64,000 nt of DNA from Neovahlkampfia damariscottae (Eukaryota): NCBI GenBank assembly GCA_016618085.1, contig JABLTG010000002.1, forward strand, positions 248,001 through 312,000, written 5' to 3'. A program made the translations under genes and the position numbers. The stretch's first letter is position 1. Each line of letters starts with the position of its first letter. Of the stretch, positions 24,355 to 36,507 are shown one piece after another. The notes below the pieces were generated by a model. It searched no databases, was not told where the DNA came from, and saw nothing but the letters and a program-made list of their open reading frames with translations.

Positions 24355-26403
24355 ATGAAAACACTCATTGTCTTATTGCTCGTATTTATTGCTTACACAT
24401 CCGCTCACGTTTGTAAAGCTGAAGGGGACCCTCACTACAGAACCTTTGGTGGTCATGCTTTCAACTTTTATGCTACTGGAGAATACGTTCTCTTCAAAAG
24501 ATCTGGACTTCAATGTAACACAAGATTAGTTAAATCAACACATCATTGGCAAGGAAGATCATTAAACGCTGGAGTTGCTTGCTCAGCAAATGGAGTTTAT
24601 TTTGAAATAAACTCACAAGGAAAAAAAGTTCATTCATACCTCAACAACCATAGAAACTTCAATGGAAGAAAATCTATTAGAGGTGTTGAAGTTTTAAAAA
24701 CTGGAAACAGTTTTTCATTCAAATACAAAGGAATGCAAATGAGAGGGAATGTAAACAACATTCCTTCAGGAAACCTTAGACACTATTTAAACCTTTATGT
24801 TTACTCTCATCATTCTGGTGCATCAGGACTTTGTCAAGGACATAGAACAAAAGCTGGAAGAACACTCTTCCATCATGGACATGCTCCTAGATTCCGTCGT
24901 GGACATAAAAGAAGAATTAGTCGAAGATGGATTAATTGGGCTGCTTCACATTGTAGACGTCATTTCAGAAGAGGATCTTTTTCATATAAATCATGTGTAA
25001 CTGACATGGCAGCTTCAAAAAGTAAAAGTGTTGCTGGACAATATGAAAAATTCTCAAAAGTAGTCAGAGGAAGATTCAAAAAAGTTTGCAATGGAAAACG
25101 TTGTCATTATTATAAAAGAGTTACTAGAGTTAGAAATATTAGATATGCAAGACATCATTTTAAAATGGTAACAGTTGTTGATCATAAAAAAAGATCAAAT
25201 GCAAGAAATATTGTAAAAGCACATCAAAAAAGTATCGTAAATTTGAAAAGACAAAAGAATCAACAAATCCGTCAAGCTCATCTAAATGCTAATAGACAAA
25301 TCAAAAATCTCCAAAGAGAAATCAAAAATGCTCAAGCTCACTATCAAAGAACAGTTAAAAAATGGAACAATTGGAAATCTGGTCAAATCAAATATGCTTG
25401 GAAAAATTATCATAACACTGTCAAACACATGAACAACTGGAATCAAGTTATTAAAAGAAATGCTGTGAAACATACAAAAAATGTTGTTAAACATTGGAAC
25501 AACTGGAAATCTCGTAAAATTGCTGATACAGTAAGAACTGCTAGAGATCAAATCAAAAAAATTAGAAAATGGAAAGCTGGAAAATTCTCATATGCTGACA
25601 AACACAGAAAAAATGTCATTCAAAATAAAAGAAATTGGGTTAATTCAAGAGTTTCATATTCAAACAATGCTAGAAATGCACATGTGAAAAGAGTGTCTGA
25701 TTGGAGAAACAACAGAATCAAAAACTTAAAAGCACAAATCCAACGTACAAATGCGAGAAGAAAATTAAGAATTATTCAATTGAACAATCATTTCAGAGGT
25801 CATATTCGTCAACATCAATCTCACATTAAACATTGGACTCATGTTTCAAAAACAGCAACAAAAAGAGTTAGAAGAAAACATACAACTTGGCACACAAGAA
25901 GATCAGTTACACACCACTGGGTTCACTTCCATTCCCACAAAACTGCTCCAAAACTTCAACTCAAAAGATTTGTAGCACCTGCAAACAACCAAAGAGCAAA
26001 ATTCTTTGACTTCAACATGAGAAAAGCTATGGTTTTTCAAGTATCAGGACTTGATTTATATTTGACATTCTGTGATCAAGCAAGAGTTGGTGCGAAATGC
26101 TACTCACTTATCTTAAATGGATGGGGAAATACTCACTCATGGTTCGGTAGAGGAGGTGTCAATCGCCACTTCCATGCTCATACAGCTCAAAAGTACACAT
26201 TCCGTAGAACAGCACCTATCCGTGGAAGACCATGGTACTGGGTTAAATTTGTTGGAAGATCATTCCAAGTTGGTAGAGGAACTGTTCCTGGACGTCATAT
26301 TGTTATGAGATCACACCTCCATCAACATTTCACAGTGAAAAAAGTTGCAATTGCAAGATACGCTCATGCTCATGCAACAGTTTATAATGTTCACCAAAAA
26401 TAA
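24355..26403 (+). CDS. secreted cationic protein: VWD domain, 22-residue helical repeat, C-terminal Methyltransf_FA(FAMeT)-like domain
   Basis: Signal peptide; CKAEGDPHYRTFGG...GEYVL (VWD); YSLILNGWGNTHS...YWVKF...FQVGRG (FAMeT-like); intronless. Confidence 0.75.
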   Translation: MKTLIVLLLVFIAYTSAHVCKAEGDPHYRTFGGHAFNFYATGEYVLFKRSGLQCNTRLVKSTHHWQGRSLNAGVACSANGVYFEINSQGKKVHSYLNNHRNFNGRKSIRGVEVLKTGNSFSFKYKGMQMRGNVNNIPSGNLRHYLNLYVYSHHSGASGLCQGHRTKAGRTLFHHGHAPRFRRGHKRRISRRWINWAASHCRRHFRRGSFSYKSCVTDMAASKSKSVAGQYEKFSKVVRGRFKKVCNGKRCHYYKRVTRVRNIRYARHHFKMVTVVDHKKRSNARNIVKAHQKSIVNLKRQKNQQIRQAHLNANRQIKNLQREIKNAQAHYQRTVKKWNNWKSGQIKYAWKNYHNTVKHMNNWNQVIKRNAVKHTKNVVKHWNNWKSRKIADTVRTARDQIKKIRKWKAGKFSYADKHRKNVIQNKRNWVNSRVSYSNNARNAHVKRVSDWRNNRIKNLKAQIQRTNARRKLRIIQLNNHFRGHIRQHQSHIKHWTHVSKTATKRVRRKHTTWHTRRSVTHHWVHFHSHKTAPKLQLKRFVAPANNQRAKFFDFNMRKAMVFQVSGLDLYLTFCDQARVGAKCYSLILNGWGNTHSWFGRGGVNRHFHAHTAQKYTFRRTAPIRGRPWYWVKFVGRSFQVGRGTVPGRHIVMRSHLHQHFTVKKVAIARYAHAHATVYNVHQK

Positions 26404-26443
26404 ATTTGAAAGAATAAACTTTTCTCTTTGAAAGTTTTAATTT

Positions 26444-27777
26444 TTAAAATAAATCAAAAAAGAAGTCTAATCCTTGTCCTAATTCCCAAATAGCAACACC
26501 CAGATTGTTTTCTTCAGCAAATTTTAGACGCTCTTCAATTGATTTCAATGTTGGATAATAAATGGTGTGCACAGTGTTCTTTGAATCTGTGTATTGAAAA
26601 TGATGTTCTTTGTTCAACGCATCCCAAGTAAGTTCAACTTTTTTATCTTTCATGATTGGAACTACATCTCTTCCTAAAATTGTATCTACTTTTATATTTG
26701 AATAATCATATCCATAGAAGTTTAATCCAATCAATAATTTTGAAGAATTGTCAAAATATTTAACACAAGTTTTTATCCACTGATGAAATAATTTTAAATT
26801 GAAAGAAGTAGTACTTCAAGAGGGGAATTAGGTCCCATTTGATTTTGTGAGTAGTCATAAGTCATCAATGAAAATTTGGTGACATATTGGGAAAAATGTT
26901 TTAAATCAGATAAACGAAATAAGGGTTCATTAGAATCTCTAGGAGCCTATTGGGATATTAAAAGTGATAAAAATAATACTGGAATTACTAAAATTAAGCT
27001 CATATCCTGAGATTTCAATTCTTCTGACAATGTCTTCAAAAATACTTCTGCATTTTGAAAAATCAATTTCATTGGCAAATATCCCTAAAGAAAAGTTTAA
27101 AATAGATGAAACACTAGACCCATTCAAATACTAAACCATCAAATCCGTATCTTTTACATGTTTGTGAAATTAGTTTTGCTAATTTCATTGGATGAATTTG
27201 TGAAGTAGGTTGAAAAAATTGTTGATAAGCATTTTGGTTGAATTCAGAAAAAGAAAATCTTGGTAAAATTTTGATAAAACTTGTTGATTTATATGAATTC
27301 CTGACAGATTGAATCCATTCTTTGTTCACTTCATGATCTCCTTCAATTACATAGTTTACACTTGCACCAGAACCGACACTAAAAAAGAATGAATTTAAAA
27401 ACCATCTGGTGCTACCATTTAATATTAAACCAAACAGGTGATAAATAGTTGAATTTACTTGCAAATCTTTCAGCGAATTCATATCCTAAATTTCTCAAGA
27501 ATAAATTATTTTGTTTTTCAATACCTTTTCTATTCCATGGAGTTATGTATCCTAATACTTCATTTTTGAAATGTTTTAAGTGTGTTTTTTTGAAGAATCC
27601 TTCATGATTTTTTACAATTGTTGTGTAGAGTACATCTTCTGTTACCAAATTCAAATCTTGCACATGAAATTTTTGAGGACCTGATACTGTTTTTATTTTT
27701 CTTTTTGGAACATATTTGTAAATTTGAAAAGTTGTTTGAAACAACAAAAACAACACAACAAAAGAAAAGAATTTCAT
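26444..27777 (-). CDS. CHID1: chitinase-domain-containing protein 1 (GH18-like)
   Basis: VLGYITPWN...SPVW...GFDGLVFE...SLMTYDYS...GPNSP...GLNFYG...IWELGQGLDFFFDLF; multi-exon. Confidence 0.88.
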
Positions 27778-27908
27778 TGGACAAAAAAACCAATTAAAAT
27801 TGGAAAGACATAAATACAACAAAAATTCAAAAACCAATTAACCTTTAATTCAGACCTTTTGGATTCATTGAATTTAACCAATGATCTGCAAGTTCGACTT
27901 CAACAACA

Positions 27909-29020
27909 ATGGGTAATCAAGCACTAACATCATTCACAACAACTTTCGTTTTTGTTTCAAAAATTACAGGAATCACTAAAAACTATAAGAATTGTCCTGG
28001 AAGTCCATGCTGCTGACCTACAAGGAAGACTTGTAGGACCAAAACCTATTTTCCAAATACCTTTATTAACAAGTGCTCAAGGTTTACTCCTCCAGCAAGA
28101 ACAACCTTTCAACATTATCAAAGATTCCACTACAACACATGTGAAAGTCATTTTATCAACAAAAGGAACTTTTTCCAATACAGAAATTGGAAGTGCATTC
28201 TTTTCCATTGGAGGTTTTAAACAAGATGTAATGACACCTTTTGACTTGAACTTAATGTCAAAACAAAATCAAGTTGTTGGTAAAATTTCCATGAAAATTT
28301 ATATTCCGGGAGAACTTTATGAAAGGAAACTTCTTTACAAACATGCAATTTATTATCAAAAAAATTTGTGTCAAATTCACTTCATCAAAAGATCAACAAT
28401 TACTTTAAGATACAATTTTGATACTGAAATATTCTATAATGATATGTTGTCACTGATTTTTAAAGTGATTGAATTTGTCAATGATAAAAAAAAGATTTTT
28501 GAAGTATATGATGTTTCAAGTTTATTTTCAGAAGATACTCCAATGACAACAATTACAATTCGTTTCAAAGATGAATATATTAAGGAAGTTCAAGATAATA
28601 CTGATCCAAATCAAGTTGATAATGATAAACCATTGGAAACATTAGTGATTCCTTGCCCCACTTTACATAAAAACTTTTCAAAACAAATTGATCAAACAGG
28701 TTTACAAGCAAAATTCTTCTACCAAAGAAATAACACTCAAATATATTCTAGTTTCACTCATTTTGATAATTTTGAATTTCATTCACAAAATGAATTGAAT
28801 GCTTTAAAGTAACTCTTTAATTTATTCATTTTTCAGTTTCATTGACCAAAATAAGAACTCTATTGATTTGATATCAAAAGATAAAGGAATGAGATTTGTG
28901 ACAAGTACAAATTCACCAGGTCTATATCCATTCGTTTCTTGTTACATTATTTGGTATCATTTGAAAGACAACTCAAAGCAACTGGATAATTATCAAATTG
29001 AACAACAAAAAACACAGTAA
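27909..29020 (+). CDS. C2-like domain hypothetical protein
   Basis: VLEVHAADL...EIGSAFFSI...VGKISMKI C2-like pattern. The model needs a 22-nt first intron (27948..27969) and a last intron. Confidence 0.55.
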
Positions 29021-29098
29021 GGTGTGAAATTATAAATTTTTCTTCAAATTGAACTTGTTCAATCAAAATTGGTTTCTGCAAATGTCTCCATGCAACAG

Positions 29099-30334
29099 TT
29101 AGTTTATTCGAAAATAGACATTGTCAAGTTTTTGAATTTGGATAATTCTTGTCATATATTCAAAATGACTTTTGATAATGAATGTTTTGAAATTCTTGTT
29201 CAAGAGTTTTGGAAATTTGTCAATAAGTCTTTCATCCAATAAAGTTCCTGAGAATTCCATCAAAAAAATGAATAAAAAAACCTACCATCCATATTTAATT
29301 CAACCAAATAATTGTTATCTTCCACTGATTCAAGCAATTGTTCTGGAATTTTAACTCCCATTTCATTCTCTAAATTTGATTGGTAAAAAAACAATTGAAT
29401 ACCTTCAAGAATTAGGGTATTTAAACTATCATTTTTCTTTAATAGATCTAATAAATCTTCTGATGTTTCAGAAATAATTTTGTTCCCTAAACAAAAATTT
29501 GAAAAAAAACGTGAATCATTACATCCGAGATTAAGATAACATAAATTACTTTCACCCTTTAAAACCATTGAAATAATCTTGAAACCTTCATACGAAATAT
29601 CATTCCCTTTTAAAAAATTGAATAATTTTTTCATTTACACCCAAGATTCAGTTTTTTTAACCGACAATTTTGTTGTGACAACACTTTTGCAAAGGATTTT
29701 GCTCCTTTATCAGTAATCTTATTGTTAAACAAACATAAATCGGTCAATGAATTATTTTTCAAGAGCATATCTGTCAGATATGTAATACCTTCATCTCCAA
29801 TTTTATTTTCTAAAATGTGAAAAATAATTTTTGCTACTCTTTAAATTCAATTCTTGAATAAATTTATTTTCACTAAAAGCTTGTTTCAATAACAAACATG
29901 ATTTATCATCAATATTATTTTCTTTTAATATTAGAATTTGGATGTGAGTATTCAGGTTTAAAGCATCAATAAATTTCTTACAATTTAATAAAGTAACAGC
30001 ATTATCTTATGAAAATCAAAAATGATTTACTCTTACATGAAATGTTTAAATAATATAAATTGTCAGCTTCTTTAACGAATTGACTCAAAATGTCACATCC
30101 ACTGTCACCAATTCCATTTCCTGTTTTTTTAATTTTTTTTTTCTACCTGAAATGTTTAATTTTTCAAGTTCTGGAATCGATTTGGAGTATTTTATCAGTG
30201 TTTTACACAAAAAAGGACCTAATGAAAAATCTTATTCTTGTTTAAACAGCTTTGTTCTTACATGACATGTCCATTACTTTCCTCTTGTCAACAACCCATT
30301 TTTTAAATTCTGTTTCAAATGAAAATGTACCCAT
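29099..30334 (-). CDS. RI-like leucine-rich repeat protein
   Basis: Repeats LNISGNGIGDSG, LNLKKNKIGDEG, LNLGWNDISYEG after splicing eight phase-1 introns. Confidence 0.85.
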
Positions 30335-30443
30335 TTTGAAATAGTAAGTATTGTTGTTCATTTCTTCCCAAAAAAGAGGTAGGTAACGCTTATTGGTTAG
30401 GAGAATTGATTACCTTATGGTCTGTCAAAAAAAATTCAGAGGT

Positions 30444-30455
30444 AAAAAATAAAAA
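30444..30455 (-). terminator. Pol III T-run terminator of the 5S gene
   Basis: TTTTTATTTTTT at the 5S 3' end on the minus strand. Confidence 0.75.
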
Positions 30456-30573
30456 GCTCACAACACTCCCGGTTCCCAGGTGGTCTCCCACCCTAGTACT
30501 AGGAGAGCCTGTAGGAGCTTAACTTCGCAAATCGGACGGGATGCGGTGTATTCTCCTAAGTATGGCCGTAAGC
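30455..30573 (-). rRNA. 5S ribosomal RNA
   Basis: GC-rich island whose reverse complement reads GCTTACGGCCATAC...CATCCCGTCCGATTTGCGAAGTTAAGC...TAGTACTAGGGTGGGAGACCACCTGGGAA...GTTGTGAGCT. About 119 nt, with complementary ends. Confidence 0.95.
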
Positions 30574-30699
30574 AACATTGAATGAAGTTGATTAAAACTC
30601 TATCTTGAATCAACGCCGCATTTGTTTCTTGTAAATTTTTATTAAAGCTCAACACAGAAATGAAAATTGAAAATGAAATACTCCAATTAAATGATGAAA

Positions 30700-31837
30700 C
30701 TACTCTTCTTTTATTCCATCATTCATACCAGGTATGTTTATCACAATTTTAATTCTACTAAGCAAATCATCTTCAAATTTTTTTTGTGATTGTTCCAGAT
30801 ATGCTGTTGAAGAAGTTCTGTTTTTTTGTTGTTTAATTTTTTCGACATTTGGTTTGGTGATTTTCTCTTTCGTCACATTTTGATTATTAAATTGTATCAT
30901 AGATGAATTTCTTTGAGTTTGAACATTTCCATCAATATTGAGACCTTCTTTTAATTGTGCGTATTCTGGAATATTTGAGATTTTTACATCTCCATGTAAA
31001 TATGCAATGACAGCCCCATAACTCAATATATTTAATTTGAATGGTTTTGATTCATCCAATTTTATGTAATCGACTAAATCCAACTTGAAAAAGTTTAACA
31101 ACATTTGATTGGTGATTTACTGTTCCTGACCCAAGTACTTTTGAATCCAAAACTTTGTTTATTTTCCAATGAATATCAACTTTTTGAATGAATAACTTTT
31201 GATATGAAATTTCTTTGATTTCAACTTCCAAATCATCTTTCCAAATCAATTGACCTCCTTTCTTCTTTTTTGTGGATTTATGATCATTCATTGTATCAAA
31301 ACTAACATGATAATGATTGGAATGATATGATTTTTCATCAGTTGTTGTTGTAAATATTTCAATGTTTGAGAATGTCAACTTAGAATTTGTCAAATATTCA
31401 AAAACACAATCGCAAGTTAATTTTCCAACAATACCAGATTTCTGAATGTAAAATTAAAAAAAAAAAATCATATTCTTTACACTTTTAATTGTCAAAGACA
31501 ACTTTGGTGGACCTGTCATCAATGAAAAAAAGTCTAAAGATGCAAAACCTAGAGAAGGATCTTTTCCTGCTTTCTTGTGTAAAATTTCAATTTCAAATGA
31601 TTTTTGATTGAATTTTTGATCCTTCAGTTTCAATCTAAAAGATATTAATTTTTTGTCAAATTACAAAAAAGTGTTTGAATATTTTTTAAAATCCAAACAA
31701 TTCTCCTCTGGTGTCACAGTATGTGTTTTTATTATTTTTTCAACGTCAAAATATATTTTGGCATAATAATGAAAAGATGAATCCAGGAAATCTTTTTCAA
31801 AAGTGCAGTCAATGTTGGTGAGTTCAACGTTAAACAT
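30700..31837 (-). CDS. hypothetical protein with tandem C2-like domains
   Basis: FEIEILHKK...LGFASLDFFSLMTGP and KVLGSGTLDL patterns; three GT-AG introns. Confidence 0.55.
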
Positions 31838-31883
31838 TATCGATGTTTGATTGGATGAAAAAAATCTATTAATAAAACTTTCT

Positions 31884-32893
31884 TTATTCTTGAGTTAAAT
31901 GGTATTCAAAAGGACCTAATAAATCAATCATATTCTCTTTTGTATCTTTAAAAACTTTACAGAATCCTTGATATGTTCCAGTTTCTAAATGTGAAGTATC
32001 AATACTTAAATTGCCCTCAAATTTGTGCCATTTGTCACCTGACACTTTGATATTCTTTTCAGCTTGAACAATTACTTTCAAATTATTCACTTTTATTATC
32101 GAAATTTGAAATATTAAGTCCAATTCCAAATCAGAAATTGTTTTGATTTGTATTGAGTATTTTATCAATTCACCAATTTTGATGTCATGCAAACGGAAGT
32201 CTATCTTCAACCCATCCAAAGCTTCTTTTGCTAAGTCATCAGTTGCTTCAGGTAATTTCTCTCCAATCCATTGTTTTGGTTCCAAAAATTCCAATGTTTT
32301 ATCATCCATTTTTGCTGTTGGATTGAATGCATCATGTTGTTTATTTGGGTTATTTTGAATTGAATATTTATATTTTTCAAAATCAATCTGTGAAATTGGT
32401 TTCAAAAAACCAACTTGCTTCAGTCCTTTGTTTCTTAATTTTGATCTCATTTCAGGTAATGTTTCTTCATACAATTCATCAACTGAATTTGGTTTTTTTT
32501 GATGAAACGAGTCTAAAATATCTTTAGATGTATCTACAGCTCTTCTAGTTTTCAATGTGGTCGAAGAATATTTCTCCAGAAGCTGTAAAAATAATGTTAA
32601 ACATCTCACAAAAACAAACTTTTTTTTCTCCATTGGCGGACTGTTGAGCTTCTTCAATAGACAATTTTGAGTATAAAGGTAATTCTTTTTTTGGATCATA
32701 TTTGATAGTTTCCATCGTTTCGGCATCAATTTCATCAAATGGGTCTCTTCCTTGTGTTATTTTATTTAACACGTCTTCATCTTCATTATTCGAAAAAGAT
32801 ATTAACTGTTGATTTCTCAATTGATAAACTCTTGGAAAGAACTAGTTTTTATAAAAAAAAATAAATTTTTACGAATTCGGCCAACTTTAGCAT
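31884..32893 (-). CDS. hypothetical protein, spliced
   Basis: ATG 32893 plus two introns joins the 32545..32820 and 31884..32738 ORFs in frame. Confidence 0.6.
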
Positions 32894-32949
32894 CTTATAT
32901 TTGTTGAAGAAAATTTTGAATTTGATTGGTTCAACAATTTGTTTTTCAC

Positions 32950-34602
32950 ATGACCACAAAAATATTAGTTCTCGGTGGATACGGGAATTTTGGGAAACTT
33001 ATATCAAAAAGATTGTCAAGAAACACTTCAATAGATTTGTACATCGCAGGAAGAAGCTCAGAAAAAGCAAAAGACTTTTTAACAACTTTAGAAAATAAAA
33101 AAGTGAATTCTTTCGTTGTTGACGTCAACAATGAAGACTTATTTTCAAAAAAATTGATTGAACTCAGACCTCATACTGTTATTAATTCATGTGGACCTTA
33201 CACAGACATGAGTTATAAAATTGCTCGTTTATGCTTGAAACATGAATCAAATTATATTGATTTAGCAGATTCAATGGAATTTGTTGAAGGTATTGATAAA
33301 CTTCAAAATGAAGCAATTTCAAAAAATAAAGTTGTGATCAGTGGAGCATCGACTGTTCCTGGTTTGTCATCCATTGTTGTTGATCACTTCAAAGATAAAT
33401 TTGATGAAATTGAATCTATTGATGCAATAATATCACCTGGAAATAAACAAACATTCAGAGGTGTAGCCACAGTAGCTTCAGTTTTCTCTTACTGTGGAGA
33501 ACCATATCAATCATTGAAAGACGGAAAACAACAAACAATTTATGGATGGCAAGGAATGGAAAAAGTTATTATTCCTGGAATAATGAATAATAGACTTGTT
33601 GGAAATTGTAAAGTACCTGATGTCGCTTTATTTCCAAAGAATTATCGTTCACTCAAAAATTTTGATTTCAAAGCTGGAACGGAATTAAAATTTCTTCAAA
33701 TTGGAATTTATTTACTTTCTATTTTAAAAAGAATGAAATTAATTGGTAATATCTCGGATCATGCTGTTTTGTTAGATCATATGAGCAGATGGTTCTCAAA
33801 TCTTGGAACAGATGAAGGTGGAATGAACATCAACATTCATGGAACAAAAGATAATAAAAAAAGAGAAATAAATTGGTCTATAGTGGGTATCAAAAGTGAT
33901 GGACCTGAAATACCTTCCACTCCAGCTGTTGTTTTAGTAGAAAAATTGATAAAAAATGAAATCAAACCGAATGCATATCCATGTTGGGAATTATTCTCAT
34001 TGAAAGAGTTCATGAAGTCTTTGGAAGATTTCAATATATATACAATTGATCATGAAGATATAAAGAGTGTTTCAGATCCTGTTTTGTTTTCTTTGGGTCA
34101 AAATAACTTCAACAAACTTCCAGATGACATTCGGAAATTTCATTCTCTTGAAGGTGGTAAATGTGCTGGAAATTTAAAAGTAACAAGAGGAAACGGTATT
34201 CTAAGCAACATCATTGCTTCTATTGTTGGATTTCCAAAAGCCAATGAATCAACTCCTGTAACTGTAGAGAACAAAAATGGAAATTGGAGTAGAGATTTTG
34301 ATGGTTTAAAATTGAACTCCAAATGGTTGACCAAACCTTATAATGGAATTGTAATCGAAGATTTTGGATTTAGTAAATTTGGATTTCAATTAGTACCACT
34401 TAAAGATAATTCAGGTTTTCGACATATCACCAAGAAATTGTTTTTGTTTGGAATTCCAATACCAAATTTTTTCAATTTTGTCAATGCAGATGGGATAACA
34501 AAAGGTTTGAAATCTGGAGGATGGGAAATTCTTGTGGAAGTCAGAATACCAATTGTGGGATTGCTTGTGAAATACGAAGGAAAACTCCAATTGACTGAAT
34601 AA
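32950..34602 (+). CDS. saccharopine dehydrogenase-like oxidoreductase fused to a DUF4166-like domain
   Basis: ILVLGGYGNFG Rossmann motif, CGPY, YIDLAD, ISGASTVPGLSS; C-terminal LPDDIRKFH...VTRG...WSRDF...LLVKYEGKL; intronless. Confidence 0.85.
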   Translation: MTTKILVLGGYGNFGKLISKRLSRNTSIDLYIAGRSSEKAKDFLTTLENKKVNSFVVDVNNEDLFSKKLIELRPHTVINSCGPYTDMSYKIARLCLKHESNYIDLADSMEFVEGIDKLQNEAISKNKVVISGASTVPGLSSIVVDHFKDKFDEIESIDAIISPGNKQTFRGVATVASVFSYCGEPYQSLKDGKQQTIYGWQGMEKVIIPGIMNNRLVGNCKVPDVALFPKNYRSLKNFDFKAGTELKFLQIGIYLLSILKRMKLIGNISDHAVLLDHMSRWFSNLGTDEGGMNINIHGTKDNKKREINWSIVGIKSDGPEIPSTPAVVLVEKLIKNEIKPNAYPCWELFSLKEFMKSLEDFNIYTIDHEDIKSVSDPVLFSLGQNNFNKLPDDIRKFHSLEGGKCAGNLKVTRGNGILSNIIASIVGFPKANESTPVTVENKNGNWSRDFDGLKLNSKWLTKPYNGIVIEDFGFSKFGFQLVPLKDNSGFRHITKKLFLFGIPIPNFFNFVNADGITKGLKSGGWEILVEVRIPIVGLLVKYEGKLQLTE

Positions 34603-34854
34603 ATATTCATTTCGAAAAAAAAATTCCACCAAAGAGGTTTGAACTCCAAAAATTAAATAAGCTACGCAAAATTTCAGATAATACCACACTTTTCAGTTAA
34701 AAAAATACAAATTAGTTAAAATTTAACAAATTTTAATATCAATAAAATGATATTGGACAAAATTTTCTTTGGTGTCAAAAGCAATCATTTTTGTCACAAA
34801 GTTGATGAAAAGAAATTGTGATGAATAAAAGCATGGAACAAAAGAGATTTTTAT

Positions 34855-35380
34855 TCAAGCTGTCCAAACACATTTTGTTGAATCTGTTAACATATCAGGT
34901 GAAGCTCTAGCAATCAAAACCAAATCATACAAATTCCAAGAAGCAGCAACTCCAAGAAATGTCACTCCTACTCCTGTTCCAACAAGAAAAACAGCTCCAA
35001 AAATAATTGAAAATCCTTTCTTTTTCCATAAAAGAATAGTTCCAATTAGTGCTGATATCAAAGCAGCAATAACTAAAAGAACACCTAAAAGACCAAATAA
35101 ACCTTTGAGCACAGCTGTTGGAGTGAGACCTCTTTGGAAAAAAAAAATTAAAAAAAAAAAAAACATACAAATATAATCGGTCTCCACCAAGTACACCTAA
35201 CGTTAAGTTCCAAATTACAGCATAAAGTTGAGATTTATCACAAGCAGCAAGTGTATTTTTTTTTGATTCAACTTTTGTAACTTCATTTACGTTTGCAGGT
35301 TGTATTTTTACAGAAATGTCAGCGGAAACTATGTACAGTAGTGCTAAAAAGCAAACTGAAAAAAATAAAAAGTTCTTCAT
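34855..35380 (-). CDS. TM2-domain membrane protein
   Basis: Signal peptide; LGVLGGDRLYL|GLTPTAVLK across intron 35132..35168; WNLYDLVLI. Confidence 0.75.
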
Positions 35381-35477
35381 TTTTCAATCTAAACTCAACA
35401 GTAAAACAAGTTTTGATAACTTATCCAATCAACTTCTTTCATTTTAAAAAAAATTTCCGAACCACTTCTTGCTTTTG

Positions 35478-36350
35478 ATGGGTAACCATGCTTATCACTC
35501 AATGATCTATAATGATGAAATGATAATAATGGACTATGTGGATGAAAGAGAGTATAAAAATATTCAAATTCATTTATACAATCCATCAAACAAAACGTTG
35601 ATTCAATTGGAGGACCACAGTGGAAAGAAGATTGAATTTTACGATAAATACTCGACGTCTACAATTATAAACAATATTTTATATTTAATTTTTTCTAAAA
35701 ATGGTTGTTTTGTATTGTCAAGTGTAGATTTAACAAAAAAAAACATTTCTTCAAATTTGCTCACTTTCAGCTCAGAAGTATCTCAATTGGTGCCAGACCA
35801 GGAGAATTTTCGATTTTTTATCGTATCATATTTGAATATGACAGATATTGAAATACATTATTATGACATATCAACAGAGGAAATCAAATTTTTGACAATT
35901 TTAGAAAATCAACAATACAGACACCTTCAAAAATTCTTTTTTTTTGAAAATCATCTCTATAGTGTCAAACTATTTAATGATCATTTTGTAATATTGAAAT
36001 TTAATTTCAGAAACAAAATTTGGGAGAGGAAGGATGAATTTCCTTTGAACAAGAATCACGATATGATTTGCTTTGATAATGGAAATGATAAAAATCAAAA
36101 TTTTGTTTTTATCAATGCTGAGCATTATTTATATGTATATAATTTTGAATATAATCGATTGATATGTATTCCATTGGAGAGAACTGATCTAAAGTGTTTC
36201 GGTGTGATTGACATGAAATTGATTTTATTCTCACAAACGAAGGATTCATTTGATTTCAATAATCCAATTTGTTTATCTGTTAATATGAAGAAGGATGAAC
36301 ATATCAAATTAACAAAACTACATGATATCCGTTTTCGATTTTACAAATGA
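35478..36350 (+). CDS. hypothetical beta-propeller-like protein
   Basis: Long intronless ORF with repeated beta-strand patterns (IHLYNP, IHYYDI, ILKFNF..W, LYVYNF). Confidence 0.55.
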   Translation: MGNHAYHSMIYNDEMIIMDYVDEREYKNIQIHLYNPSNKTLIQLEDHSGKKIEFYDKYSTSTIINNILYLIFSKNGCFVLSSVDLTKKNISSNLLTFSSEVSQLVPDQENFRFFIVSYLNMTDIEIHYYDISTEEIKFLTILENQQYRHLQKFFFFENHLYSVKLFNDHFVILKFNFRNKIWERKDEFPLNKNHDMICFDNGNDKNQNFVFINAEHYLYVYNFEYNRLICIPLERTDLKCFGVIDMKLILFSQTKDSFDFNNPICLSVNMKKDEHIKLTKLHDIRFRFYK

Positions 36351-36507
36351 AATATTGAATTTTCAATCAGAAACTTTGGTCCAAAAAAAAAATCAAAGAT
36401 ATTAAAATTTGAGTAATTTGATGAATTCATCCAAATTGAAGAAGACCAATTTTCTGTTCAAAATAAACCAATCACAATCTTCCAAACTTCACCTCATATT
36501 TTTCATA

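Noticed and set aside
30458..30655. 65-aa ORF on the minus strand
   Set aside because: It runs through the 5S rRNA gene, so it is an incidental open frame.
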